Below, one piece after another: positions 12,507-26,079 of a stretch of DNA of 64,000 nt. A program made the translations under genes and the position numbers. The notes beneath the pieces are model-generated. The model searched no databases and was not told where the DNA came from. It saw only the letters and a program-made list of their open reading frames with translations. Position 1 is the stretch's first letter. Each line of letters opens with the position of its first letter. Source of the DNA: Vicugna vicugna (taxonomy: Eukaryota); assembly GCA_013265495.1 (NCBI GenBank), contig MU058065.1, positions 8,370,302-8,434,301 on the forward strand, written 5' to 3'.

Positions 12507-13235
12507 TGCATTAGTTCCGGTCCATGTGTTGCCGAGTCCGAACTCGTTCTGCTTGCTGTACGACGGGCCAATAAATCGGGAGACTAGGTGTTGGGGCAAG
12601 AATAACAACTTTATTTGGAAAGCCAGCAGACTGAGAAGATGGTGAACTAATGTCTTAGAGAACCATCCTCCCCGAGTTTGAATTCAGACTTCTTTTACAC
12701 TAAAAAGGGAGAGGGTGAAGACCTGGTTCCAGCCAGCCTCCGGAGGGGATGTGTTAACTTCTTCCTTACAAAGGTTAAAGTAAAAGAAACAGATCTAACA
12801 TAGAGCCAGATTTCCCTGTTACACACGCCAAGAGAGGGTTAGACATGCAAGAGACTCAGTGGTGGAAGGAGCAGAGGAGGCAGGAACAGCCCTCAGACCC
12901 CAGAGCCGACCTGACACCTGTGGGAAAGGACGGTGGGGTAGGAAGGGTCTCAGACTGCAGGGCAGCTCTAAGAAGAGTTTGGCCAGGTGAATGGGGAGTC
13001 CTTGAGCCAAAGCTGCCCTTGGAGGACTCTCATATCTTGTTGGATGGGGCTGCCTTGGGTCCCCCTCTGCCCAGTCGCTGGCTGGGAGCCACCCACAGGA
13101 ATCGTGGCCCCAGCAGGACCGTGGTGGCAGACCAACAGGACAGCAGCTGGGCGCGTTGTTGATTATGCTTCCTACAGCTGGAGACACGAGGTCGCCCCAC
13201 TTGAACTTCATACCCAAATAAGTATCAGCACGCAC
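12507..13235 (-). mobile_element. LTR33-like ERVL LTR interrupted by a younger LTR
   Basis: tgcattagttccggtcc / ccaagagagggttagacatgcaagaga...ctgacacctgtg...ggtaggaagggtctcagactgcag matches recalled LTR33 family. Confidence 0.65.
12527..12823 (-). mobile_element. ERV1-type solo LTR
   Basis: TGTTG...GTTACA termini and 4-bp TSD catg (12523-12526) / cacg (12824-12827), differing by one CpG-type transition. Confidence 0.8.
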
Positions 13236-16225
13236 ATAGGTGAGGGAATGAAGGAGAAGACAGAAGGGAGGAGGCTCCAGGATGAGGAATGCGCAGAAGC
13301 CTGTTCTGTTGCTTGTTAATCACTAAAGGGATGTTGCCTATCAGCCTAATTATACCTAATGGCCCGTCTCTGCCAGGGCCCTGTCTCCCAGGTAATGAGA
13401 ATTAAGCTAAAATACCTTTGTTTAGCTCACAGCCAAAGCATTAAACAATGGGGCTCCTTGGAGGCCTGTGATAGCTGGGCAGGAACAGAATGGGGGCTGA
13501 GGTGAGGGGAGGGCTGATGGAGCAAGAGATGAGGTGGGCGGGTTGGCCGTGGCCCCACCAGGGTGGCTATTACATGTGAGCGGGGGAGCTGTTGAAGACC
13601 GGGGTATTAGAACAGATCTGGGCTTGGAAAGAGGCTCTGGCAGCCATGCAGAGGAAGGCTAAGAGGGAGGCAGTCCAGACAGAAGGCCCCAGCAAGCCCT
13701 GGGGAGCGAGAGACTGAGGACGGACTAAAGCCATGGAGGCGGAGGAGAGGGATGAACGAATGTGGGAGTGGATGAGGGAATGCAGGTGGTCAGATGCAAA
13801 CCAGCTGTGCTTTCTCACGGACAACTCATTGTCTCCAAATCCCCAAAATCTGCTCTGCGGGCAGATGGAAATAAAGCAGCTACTGCAGTTCCTTCCTGCT
13901 GAAGAGTTCCCATCAAGTAAAAATATGCCCCTGATACCTTATCAAGGGAAAAGTCTCTCCAAGGTCCTGCTCTGCAGGAACACGTTCTCGATTGCCCCCC
14001 GCCCAGGCTGGTCTCAGGCAGGCACAAACGCCACTCTGCGCCCAGTTGGAGCCCAGATCCCCAGGAGGCGAGCCTGTCCTTTTTCGCTCCATTCATTTTC
14101 AGGGCCAGATGGTGTTTGTCTCATTGACTTTCACTGCTGATGGCGTCTTGTTTGCTGGCTTTTCACAGGTTGCTCCCTTTTCTTTATTTCATTTAATTCT
14201 CGCACTTGCCCCACTTTTGCGTTCTGTGTCATGTTCATCACGATGTCGGGGAGACACCTGGAGCTCTCAGCAGGTGGACGTTTCCAGGGAGCCGGCCAAA
14301 CCGAGTTCCTACAGCTCAGCACCCGCCCCCACCAGACCCCAAAACATCGTGGTTGGAGCCCTGAGAACAGGAAACTCAGTTTCATTGGAAAGCACTGCTG
14401 GTTAAGCAAGATGGCAAGGACACCAATGACAGCCATGACCAAAAGGATGATTTCTGGTCCAGCCTACTTCCTTCTTTCCGAGCTCCCTGTTACCACCTTG
14501 CATAGGACTAAGTCAAAAAAGCAACTTCAGGGATGGTCCCCATCCAGGTGCTCTGTTTGGTCACTAGCAAGGACAATCAGCTTATCCACCTGCTCACACC
14601 ATGCCTCCAGGCCTGAAGGGCTTACCCCCAAGCCAGAAGGCTCCCTCCCTCCTTCCTTTCTAGTCAAATAACATCCTCTTCCATCTTTAAAATTCAGTTC
14701 TACCTTCTGCTAGAAGCAGTGTTCCCAGCAGTATTTCTGTTTCCTACGCCCGCAACCCTGTCCAGTTGTGGTTAGTTGTTGACTTGCTTTGGTCTGAGTT
14801 TCCTTGAACATTAAGTGTTTCTATTCTACCTTTTTCACCTTCTCAGATCCTCAAGAATGAGAATGAAGCTTTGTTTCTCCTTTGGGGCCTCCGGGCACTT
14901 GGGGAATGGCCTGTCGTCCGTGTGCAGCTGGGCGAAGCCAGTGCCTGTGACATGCAAGACTGGCTCCTAGTTCTGCCCTAGCTGTGCTCTGAGTCCCCAG
15001 GCCAGCACTCCCCGTCCGCTGGATGGGAAGAATGGCTTCTGCTCACCTGTGTGTCCTGCCGGGGCTTGGGTCCAATGAGTGTGACCTGCAAAGTGCTCTG
15101 AGGTCCAGGAAGAAATAGGACAGAGAGACTCACAACCATTTTCAGAAAGTGATAACACTGGAGAAAACATCCTGTTTTCTTATCTTTTTCATCACTTTTT
15201 CTTATCTTTTCATCACTCTCGCATCCCCTGGTCCTTCTTCTCTGGTGCTGCCACCTGCCTTTCTCGGCCCTCCTCCCTGCAAGTATCAGTGATGTTATGT
15301 AACTGTCTCACATTTGGATTTAATTGACTCTAAGTGTATTGTTCAAAATCTTTTACTGACAAGCACATGGTTCCCTGGGCCCCAACTCTGCACTTTGGTG
15401 GTGGCGGTAGTGGTGTGTGTGTGTGTGCATGCGTGCATGTGCGCATGTGGAGCTGAGACACAGCCCAGCAAGTGCCAACTGGCAGCCTCTCTAGACCAAT
15501 AATAATGATTTCAGAGACTTCCAAAGAGCTATTGCCAGCTCTTTTGGCTTTTTTCCAATACTATTATCACTATTACAAGGACACCCCAAGGCCCTTTTAC
15601 TTAAAGACACGACAGAATGCCCCAAATGAGAGGACTGTTGATTCCTGTCTTCAAGAAAGACAGGGCCCCCACAACCTCAGTGCTTCCTAGAGGGGTGGGT
15701 TCCTAGAGCTTGACCTTAATTTTGGAGTCCAGGTTTCAGTGGGAGGGATGGCCTGGTCTCCTGAGAGCTCATTTTTCGCTAGTCATCCACGTGACCACTT
15801 ACTGTACCTTACCCTGAGAATGTCCACCTGCCTTTAAGAAGACGTGTTTATGAAAATCTAGGGGTTCGCTGGCAAAACAAGACAGTATTTAAGTGTTTAC
15901 GCTCAGGCACAGACGTTCTGGTTCTGCTCTCTGCTTTGTCATCTGTTGGGTGTGTGTCTTTCTCCAGACCCTCCTCTCCTGGGGCCTCCATCCCCTGTTA
16001 CGTGGGGTGTGGGAGCTGGAGGGCTGTCCAATGATGAATGACAGCTGAGAGTCCGTGGTGGGCCTTCCTTGTAGTGGGAGCGGAGCCAGTGGGAGGGCAG
16101 ACAGCTCCAGTAAGAAGACAAAGGCTTGAGATATCTATGGAAATCATTCCTTCATTCACTCATACATTCTATATATACTTCTTGAGGGCCTACTCTGGGT
16201 CAGGCTTTATTCTAGGTTCCAGACC

Positions 16226-16510
16226 AACGCTGTCCAATAGAAATGTAACGTGAGTCACACAAGGAATGCTGAACTTTCTAGTAGCCGCGTTAACAAGTAA
16301 GAGGAAAAAGGTGAAATTAACTTTAATGATATGCTTTCGTTAACCCAACTTACCCAAGGTGTGGCCATTTCAACATGTAATCCAGGTAGAAAGCACTCAC
16401 GAGCTGTTTCATGTTCTGTTCTCCTCCTGAGACTCCGACACCGTGTGTGTGCGCTGCTCGTGTGGCACATCTCAAATACCGGCCACGGGGGCTGTGGTGT
16501 CTGGAGACTT
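16226..16510. mobile_element. MER33-like hAT-Charlie MITE
   Basis: cgctgtccaatagaaat...ttctagtagcc...ggtgaaattaactttaat...catttcaacatgtaatc...gcacatctcaa. Confidence 0.75.
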
Positions 16511-16529
16511 GGACTTGGACCAGGAGTGA

Positions 16530-16745
16530 CGGCTAACGTTTATCGTGTTCTCATTAGGAGAGGCGCATCGTGCTAAGCACTTTCGGGACATTAAATGAGT
16601 CCATCCTGTGTCGCAGCTAGTAGGTACTGCTTCACATTTATTTTACAGAGATGAAGAAACAGAGGCCCAGAAACTAGTTGCTCCAGACCACGCGGCTGCT
16701 GAGCAGTGAGACAAGGAACATAGTCTGTCCGACTCCGCGTCCTTG
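16530..16745 (-). mobile_element. MIR SINE
   Basis: gtgctaagcacttt...attttacagagatgaagaaacagaggcccaga. Confidence 0.75.
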
Positions 16746-17879
16746 AGCAGGTATTTACAATCCCATTCACTGTGTCCCTTTGGGCCAGCTGGCCCATCTG
16801 AGTCCGCTAACACCAGGTGGTTGTTTCTCGGTTCTCAGGGCTGCTGTGAGGGATACGATGCAGCTGTTATGAGGGGTATGAACTGCCTGCTTTGCCTCAC
16901 CCAGGACACCAAGAAAGGTCACATCCCTGAGATTCCTCCAATTTAGGTTAAAGCCACCCATAAGCTAATCACAGAGATTCAGTGTCACCCTTGTGGGTCC
17001 TCCCTATCCCTGGGACTTAGAGTTCTAAAAGGGGATTCGCCTGACTCCACGGCTCCCAGCACTGTCCCAGGCGCCGTGCAATGGCCGCTGCTGGGCCTCT
17101 CCAAGTTAGAGCTGATGGTTCGCAAGGAGGACCACCGGAAGTAACACCACAGGACTCCACCCTCCGCAGTGCGTTCTGCAAGCCACAGCTCAGGGGCAGC
17201 AAGAACTTAAAATCTCGGACTTTTGAGTCCACATTTAAAAACCAGGATATTTCACAGGAGAATCTAGATTTAGACTTTCTCTCAAAAAAATAAAAAAAAA
17301 ATGCCCCTCACTCCATATACCCACATGGCTACCTCTGAGTGGCGGCTGTCCCTTTAGGGGGGACCTGTGCTACAGTTGGCCACAGTCCCCACCACATCCT
17401 ACTGTACCTGCCATGAAAGAAGACTAGTGTTTTCACTTGTTACCACACACTTGCCATTGCTTTGAATTGTGGAGGCAGCGATCTCTCTGTGCTCCTGTCC
17501 CTACAAGACAGCCGCACACAGACGGCCCATGTTGCCCAAGGGCGGCAACTTAACTCTTTCCTCACCTGGCACCTTGCAGCATCCGCCCCGCTCTCAGGGT
17601 CCCTCCTTGAGACACACACACAGTCATTGTCTTCTCCCAAAGCACGGCACCGGGGCAGATTCAGACATCCGTCCCCACAGAACCTGCAGCTTCTAAGCCT
17701 CTTTCCAGTTCTGAAGAGAACTTGAAACACTAAGCACCCATTCTGTTCTCCAACAACAGGGTTTGAGCGTGTGAACATGCTTCTGAGGAAGCTGACCTTC
17801 AAAATCCCAGCTGTCCAGTTCTCTTTTGCTAGAAGCTGGGGAAACATCAGCCGTGCCTCACTGAGTTGTCTCCCTCAGG

Positions 17880-18080
17880 AGACCACGTAGTGAAGTGGCT
17901 GAGAGCACAGGTTCAGGAGGCAGACCACCCAAATCTAAATCTGGCTTTCACCACTCACTACTTAAGTGGACTTGGAAACGTTACTCGGTCTCCCTGTGTC
18001 TCACCTTCCCAAATGTACCAAAGTACGAAGGTGCTCATCTTAGTACCTGGCACAGCGCGGTGCTCTGCGAGGGACTGCGA
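17880..18080 (+). mobile_element. MIR SINE
   Basis: gtagtgaagtggctgagagcacaggttcaggaggcagac...ccactcactacttaagtggacttgg. Confidence 0.7.
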
Positions 18081-20814
18081 GCATCCTTACGAAATACAAA
18101 CCAAGTTCTCAGCAGCTCACCCTGCTGTACCATGTAGTCTGATGGGTGCCTGGAAGGCAGAACAAAACTGTTACTCTTTTCTCTCTTAGCGCCGTGGCCA
18201 CAGAGTGCCAGCTCTGGGAAAGACTCACTTTATTTAGAGTTTCTGACTTTTTCAGCTGGGACTAAGGGTGCTTCATCACTTTTTCACACGGGGAAATAAT
18301 GAAGATGGTATGTCCAAGGAAACAGGCCCAACAAAACAGCCCGTTTCCTCTGTTTGCTGCTCAGCAAGGAGGGAGATAGGTACCTCAGAGCAGAGCAGAC
18401 ATCCCGACCCTTTGAGGGGGAGGCCCAGGCCCGCTCCCACGTGGGGACACACGTGAAGCTGGGCGGCCCAGCTCCACGCTAAGAACTCCCGGCGTTCAGG
18501 CTAGAGCGGGAGGTGGGGGTGCCGGGCAAAGGGGTTCTCCCCATACAAACAATAGACGGAGAAAGGAGGGATTCTGTAGAAGAAAACACAAGTGCCAACC
18601 CGAAAGGCGGCGTAAACACAGCGGGCAACCAAGGCCGACTGGACACGGCTGCTTCGAGTGAGCCAGGCGAGCAGGCTGCAGAAGGGGCTTCAGGTGGCCT
18701 GGAGACATTAAAAGAACAGGGACAGGAGTCAGAAGACCTGGCCCCAGGCCCACCTGTGCCGCCAACGAGGCGAGCGACCTTAGGCAGGTCTCCGCTGCTG
18801 GTCCTCAGCCTCCTTGGCCAAGGAGGGGATGGGCCAGGTATTCTCACTGTCCCTTTTGGCTGTGACACTCTGACCCCTTCCTGGCCACACTTGTTATGTG
18901 CTCTGTTTGTCCCAGTCCTGCCAGAGGTACACTGTGACCCCCCTCCCTACCTGCCCAAGCGAAAACCAGACTCCCATGTCAGGTACTGCTTAGAACCTCA
19001 GACCTAAATTGGGCTCAATAATCTGTTTTTTCTAGAGTGGTAGCTTCCATGGTGGGAACTCCACATTTATGTATGCATTTATCCATTCTTCCACAGATTC
19101 AACAACATTTATTAAACACCTGTCATGCAGAACATGGTGTGGGCACTGGGGAGAATGAATGAGACAGCCCAGGGCATAAAATCTAGCAGACACCCACAGG
19201 GCACAACCCTGGACCTCTGAGAAGTGGTGCATCGGAGCATCCTGATGTGCCCCTACTAAGGATACCTGCCATGGTGTCACCCTAATTCCATGAGTCAGGT
19301 GGGTGCAGGGGGTACCAGAGGGCCAGACCAACCTCTAGCATCATCTAAAGCACCATGGCAGCAAGGCTCCATCCTTCAGCCTGAGCCACAAGCCTCTTCC
19401 ATGCTACACTTTCCCTCTCTTCGTAAGGGCCACTGGATGGTCTGAAACCAAAGCATTTCCACTTTCCCCAAATTGCAAGTATCCTGGGCTCTGGTGTCAG
19501 GACCCTCTCTTCTTTTCCCAGAAGCCTGGACAGCCTCCCACTGATGGAGCCCGATAATAAATGAGTTCATTACCCTGGCTGCTGGGGCCCATGACAGCCC
19601 ATCTGCTGGCATGATTAATTAAAACTTTGACAGGCAGTGGTGGTGCCACCTCAAGGCCGGAAAGCAATTAATTGGAGCATCTTCCAGCCCATCATTTCTG
19701 ATGGATCCTGGAGAGACTGACGCCAGAGACAGAGAGCGGGGTCTTTGTGGGTCGGTGCCATTGCCGGCCACCCCTCTGTTCCCTGCAGTCTCCCTCCCGG
19801 TGAAGCCCACTCTAATTAAGCAGAGGCAGCAGAATCAGAGCCAGATCCTCAAACTTCCCAAGTGGGGCCAAGCCTTAAGTAAGATTTCCTTAGAAGAGGG
19901 TTTTTCCACTCCTCCCAGGAGCAGGGTGGGTGGGGTTTCACTGTGTCTTTCCTGGATCCTGTGCTCAGGCACAGTGAACTCTCCCACGTCCCCTCCCCAT
20001 GGGGAAGGTCTCATCGCGGTCTCTCCCTGTTCTGCCAGCCGTGGGTGAAGCAAGGCAGCCGGGGGAGGCCTCTGGCCAGAGCAGCCCTCTACAGCCCATG
20101 GTACAGAAGCCCTGCATTTGTATGGCGGGGTGTGTTGGCGCTTTCCTGGTCATAAATAAGGCTGCTCCTTTGGTCCCCAATGTCTGTGATAATGGTATGC
20201 TTATCTCTGTAGCAGAAGCCAGAGGGGAAGGAGAGTCCCAGTCTGAGAAGGACCCCTCCATCGCCTCTGGGAAGACAGAGGCACCACACTGGTGTCTTTG
20301 TGTGTGCAGCCCACAGGGCCTGGAATATCAGAGGGAGAGCAAACATGGGCGTCTCCCTTGAATAAAGCCATACTGGGTGCCTCCTTGTGCCCTCACAACC
20401 CCGAAAAACGGTCCAGTTGGCCTTTGAGCCTCAGAAATTCTGTGTCTACGTCACTTCTTCCTCCACATCTCAGCCCCCAGGGCTCCTCTCCCACTCCTGG
20501 AACATTCACTCCGGATCCATCAGTCACACCAGGGTGTCACTAGCTGGTAACAGTTGCACGATTATTTTTATTAGGAGTTACTTCATTTCAGCAAGGACCA
20601 CAGGGAGAAAAGAGAGAGGGGAGAAGGGAGGAGGGAAAGAGACAGAGAAGAATCCCACTGTGTCCCCTGCGGCCCCGAGATGCAGAGGCCAAATGCCTCC
20701 AGGCCAAACGGAAAAGAGGGACCAAACAGCCTTTCTGCGGATGTCTGTGACCCCCGTCCAGAGCTAAATCCTGCCAAGAGCAGGCGGGAACTCCAGGAGG
20801 TGGTGCCCAAACTT

Positions 20815-20965
20815 GGCCACACGTGGAATTAGTGAGGAATCTTCAAACACTAGCGATGTCCGACGTCTGCATTCTGACTCAATCAGCAGGGCCTGCCACC
20901 TGGGCAGCGAGAGTTTTTCAAGCTCCTCCAGTGATTCTAATGCAAAGTTCAGGAACCAATGCGCC
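20815..20965. mobile_element. MER5-like hAT MITE
   Basis: ttctgactcaat...tttttcaagctcctccagtgattctaatgcaaagttcaggaaccaatg. Confidence 0.6.
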
Positions 20966-22611
20966 AGGAGCAGGGTTCAGCCCTACCTGAAGCCTTCCAG
21001 TGAGCGGGGTCTGGGATCCTTACCCCAATTCCCACAAAGTCTGGGTCTCAGGGACAGGAACCCGGAGCCAGACAGGACGGAGGTGCAGGGGCTCGGAGAT
21101 GGGGCTGGCACACATGCACCTGGGCTTGTTTGGCCCCAAGGGGTCTCCTGTGCCACGGGGCACAGGCAAAGGTGTCACAGACGAGAGCTTTGCAGGGAAC
21201 AGGAGGTGCCAGACTAGAGGTGCTCTCCTGTAAGGGGGCAGAGGTCAGAAAGGGACGTGGCTTGGTAGGAAGGGGGGTGTCAGGGTGGGGACAAGTGGGC
21301 TGAAAGTGGCAGACCGACACATGCATGCCCTTGACAGCAGGCTCTGGTTTTCCAGGAATCTCAGGACCCCCCACTGGCTCTTGGTCATCCCTCCCCTCCA
21401 CTCCCTCAGGGACTGCCCTGGTTTGGACCCTGATTCTCTCTCCAAGGCTATTCTGGCAGCCTCCAGACGGCGGTCCCTGCATCCTCTCCATCTCTCTGTA
21501 CACTGCTGCCAGGAAAACCTTGAAGCACCCATCTGACTGCATTTCTCTTTTCAAACACACGGTTCTTCCCATGACAACTGCCCTGACCTGTCCTTGCAGC
21601 CTGACTACTCACCATTTTCCATCATGCCTCTCACCCTCCAACCTAACCAAGCCACTTACCCTTTCCTGGACCTGACCTGAACTCTGCTGTGCCCTCTACT
21701 CGAACATCCTGCCGCTCTCCAATTAGATTTTTGCTCCACTCATGGCCCGTCTTAGATGTCACCAACTCCCTAAAGCATCCCCAGTTACCAAGACTGAAGT
21801 CAATCTCTCCTTCAGTGCCTGAAGCTCTTTTTCGGTCCCTTTTACAGCATTTCCCACCCATGGATTCTTGCTATCTGTGAACTTCGGGAGGACCAATGTG
21901 TTCTTCCATTCCCATCTTCCAGAGTGCCCCTCAGTGTTTTGGATATAGCAGGTGCTCAGTGTATGTTTATTACACTGAATTTTATAGACAAGGAACGTAG
22001 GACACATGTCAGGGAATGGGTGGGCAGGGGGACCAGCTTGTGGGGTAGCTGGAACAAGAAGAAAAGCACTCCTTCCCAGCAGCCTTGGTGTTGGTAAGAG
22101 CCTGTGTCCCACGTACTCTGATGAGGACAAACGTGGTAGCATCACAAGCCTGGGACCAGATAAGACACTGACCGTGTGGTCTCTTTCCTCATAACATGTA
22201 AGAATGCATGAATAAAGGGATACAAAGTCACAGAATTATCAGTAGTAACAGCTAACACTTAGAGAACACTCTGCAGTTTGTTTCATATTCACAGCAAACA
22301 GATTCTCTCTCCACAGCTTGACCCCTTGCACTCACACAAGATGGACAAATGTTCATCACCTCATCGAGCAAAACCATCTCTCACACACACACGTTCTTTT
22401 TTATATTTATAGAAAGAAGAGGACGAAAATTACTGAGTCCCTTCTGTGTTTCAGGTGCTGTCCTAGGTATCTGACAGATACAGACACACTCCCCAAAGGC
22501 CTGCTCACGCGTGTGTGTGTCCAGCTCCACCCCCCTCCTCTCTGTACCACGTCTCTTTCTTCTAGTTCCACACATCCATTATCTGCAGACATAATAAACA
22601 ACCTCAGTGGC

Positions 22612-22790
22612 TATTACTGGTTGAATTGTGTCCCCCACAGAAGCTCTGTTGAGGTCCTAACCCCCAGGACCTCAGAATGTGACCTTGTTTGGAAATAGGG
22701 TCGTTGCTGATGTAATTACTCAAGATGAGGTCCTCGGGGAGTAAGTAAGCTCTTCCTAATCCAATAGTGGTTCCTTATGAGAAGACACCC
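22612..22790 (+). mobile_element. MLT1 (A/B/C-type) LTR 5' part
   Basis: ttgaattgtgtccccc...gtcctaacccccaggacctcagaatgtgaccttgtttggaaatagggtc. Confidence 0.85.
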
Positions 22791-25700
22791 TCGGAAATGC
22801 ATACGGTGGCCCAGCAAGGGCATATGCGTGTGTGTGCTCGCTGGGACAGGGTTGTGCCTTGCCTGTGTAATGAGTGCATATGTGTATGTATGTGTTGGAG
22901 GGTTTGAGTCTGCATGCACACATGTGTGTAAAGTCAAGGGATGATGTGCTCCCTTCTACCATCTCTTACTGCACAGGCATGCGCACACTATACCCTTCAG
23001 CCCTGAACCTGCCAGTGTCCTCTCGGCAGCCCTGCACTCCCCTGCCTCCCTGTGCCGGTGGGCGCGTGGCAGTTTATGAGCAGTGATTAAACCTCCATTA
23101 GGTTTAATCTCTACTGATTATAGTGGCCCATAAAAGGCATCTAACCCTGACGCTGTTGGAGTATCAGGGCTCAGGAAGTCAGAAAAAGGGGAGGTGAGGC
23201 TTTAAACAAAGGGGCCAAAGTGACGCGTTGCGATGTGACCCAGCTGCCGAGGTTCCGAAACACACACGTAAGGGAGTGTGCACACCCAGAACTCAAATGC
23301 CTTCGAGTTCTTTTCTCTCAGAGGGCTTCCCATTCTTCACCTTCTACTCCACCACCCCTCAGAGGCAGGTGTCCCTTTTGCAGAACACAGGTGGCTGGTT
23401 GGAATGATGCACCCCGGGACACAGAGCAGGTTAGGGGTGGAGACGGAACTGTCTCTCTGAGCGTTGTTCCTGATCAGCTAATCCACGGAGGGTCAGGGGT
23501 GTTCTTTTGGGTCGTCCTCATTCATCCTGACACCCCTGGAAGCTGGGTACAACCAACAAACCCTGCCTGACAGCTGCATAAACAGGCTGAGAACGGCTAA
23601 GTGACTTGGCCCTGGTCCACAGCCAGGCGATGGTAGAGGCAGAATTTGAAATGTAGGCAGTATGATTTTAGGCTGGGCTCCGATTCACTGTATTCAGTGG
23701 AAATTAAAAGGTAGGCTCGCACAGGGAGAGGAAGAATGAAAAAGGAGTTGTGGAATCACCAAACGGCACAGACTGCAGACGACTTAAGCCTGGATTATAG
23801 AACTGAAACTCCACGTCTGGACTCTTTCCTCCAGGCGCCTCCAAGTCCCACAGCTGCCAAGCCTGGGCCAGTGGTCACGGTGGGAGGAAGGGCTGTACTC
23901 CTCCCAGTAAAAAGGCTACGGGAGGGACAGCACCCCCAGCGCTGCCCCAGGCCCCTGTAGGCCCTGAGCATTATGGCAGATAGCAGGAATTGCTCCGGCT
24001 CATCCAGAGATTTCCACAGAATCTCTGGCTGTGACACAAGACAGAAGATGATGAACAGGAGGGCTGGGGGGTCTGGAGTTTACCAACACTCACTAGCTTG
24101 TGTTTTGGAAGTGTTACTTCAATTAACTGTGTTTAAATCTGAAACAAACCCACCAATTACCATATGCAAGCAAAATGGAAGTCTAGAAGGGGGAGGCAAC
24201 TTCTCCGAGTTTACACAGCAGTGAAGGAACGGGGTGGCAGTGCCGGTCGGCTAACCCACTTTCCACCCTCTTCTCCCTGACTTGCCCCAAGTTGGGGTGG
24301 CTGAAATAACGTAGATCTTCTCAATTCCCCAGGTTCCCTTGCAGCGAGAATTGGACATGTGGCAAAGTTTTGCTAAAAGAAGTCTGCTGTATTAGGACCA
24401 CCCCTGTCTTTCCTAAGGAAGAGGCAGCCACAGCTGGTGCCTCCCTGCCCACCTTTTTTCCTGCCTGGAACGGGAATGAGACGAGGGAAAGGCCAAAAGA
24501 ATTGGTCTTCAGCCACAACATCACTGAGCCACAGAATCACCAGCAGCCGCCTGTGCCGCACTTCTCGGATGTGGCGAGAATACAGTGCACAAAGTACTTT
24601 CAGGGGGGTGCTCTTCCGTACTAAGCCCGGACGGTGTGTTCAGCACCTTGACAAAGACCCCAGAGCAAGCAGCAGGGGAACTCGAATGCAGAGCTCGGCT
24701 GGCCTAGTGTTCTCTCCCTCACCCACACCGTCCCCTCACGGCATCCACTCTGACTGAGTTGCCGGCCTGTGTTCTGAACCCAGAATCCCTGGGAGAAGAA
24801 GGGGGCGGTACAAAGTGAGGCCAGTGGGAGACAGCGGACCAAACAGAGTATCTGCTGCCTGAATCCAGATTAGCTGCAAAGCCAGTCGTTAGCACGGTGC
24901 ATATTCAAAACAGAAGTATGTATGTGTTCGTTTACTTTCAGAAACCATCCTGGACTAGATGAAACACTGCCTATGCTCAGCATGGCTTCCCAAAGATTTT
25001 TCCAAGTCTAAATTTTATATGTAAATTAATTGGCAAGGGATCATAATCCAAAATTTAAAACTGGTTCTTCACAGGGGGCAGCCCAGCACACACCCTCAAG
25101 GGGCTGCTGGGGTTGTGACTGGGATGGAGCTTCCTCCTTTACTTCTGCCTTCTCTATGAGTCAATGAATGTTAGTGACACCGAGGACCAAAGGTGACAGA
25201 CTGACAGCGACTTCAGTTCCCACAAGACCTATCGTTTGTGGGACTAACGGTTTTGTGGCCGACTGATGATGCCGCACTGCGTGCTGCTCTCCCAGGTCAC
25301 GGCTGGCAGAGCGCCTGGGGGGTCCTACACATCTGCCAACCGAATTTCAGGGAAATGGGGCCTTGGTGCGTTCACCTAAAACATGATGTCCCTACTCGAA
25401 ACGGTAAGTTCTGACCAAGTCCGCCCAGCACCTATACCCTGCCCACAGGAAGTGGATTTAGAAATTACATGGCTAATTTGGTCCTTTCTCTCCCCAGCCT
25501 GCTGAACTCGCTTCTTCCTTCAGGTAGTCAGACAGCGTAGGTAGAAGCGGGGTGAGGGGAAGCACAATCTCACTGTGCTAACATAAATCAAAAAGCATCA
25601 CAGAGGGTTAACCTGATCCAAACTTTTCCTCGTTTGATGAAAACATGGATGTTTCCAAGAGAGAATTCTCCAAACCGACAAAGACAAGGGATGCTTACGA

Positions 25701-26079
25701 GGCCATTCTCGTTGAACTGACTCATACGGCCAGGAGGATCTGACGAGGGTGACGTAGAACTTAGAGAACAGTCTTCCCTCTTGATTCTGTGAAACGTCCC
25801 AGTTTCATCCAGGTCACAAACCTTCCCTGGGCCTTAACTGTGCAACTGGACAGTAAGATATGACATCCTTCACTGGGGTCGCTTGCAATGGGGAGCTGCA
25901 CGTCACGGCTGACTCAGAGGTGCACGGTATGAGGGGAAGTGCTAGGGCCCAGAGCAGACCGCTCCCCTCTCCCCTTAGGGAGGCCCATTTTCAGTCAAGG
26001 CACAGAGGGTCTTTAGTCTCAGCACAAAACTGAAGAGTTCTTTTGCAGACAATTACTAATGAGCAGCAATCCACAGGAG

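Noticed and set aside
18513..21675. Longer ORFs (164 aa at 18513, 174 aa at 21048 and overlapping frames)
   Set aside because: No recognisable homology, open in several frames as expected in GC-rich DNA, and partly overlapping L2-like sequence.
24638..24662. REST/RE1-like TTCAGCACC site (similar one at about 27103)
   Set aside because: The right half-site (GGACAG) is mismatched and the spacing is non-canonical in both.
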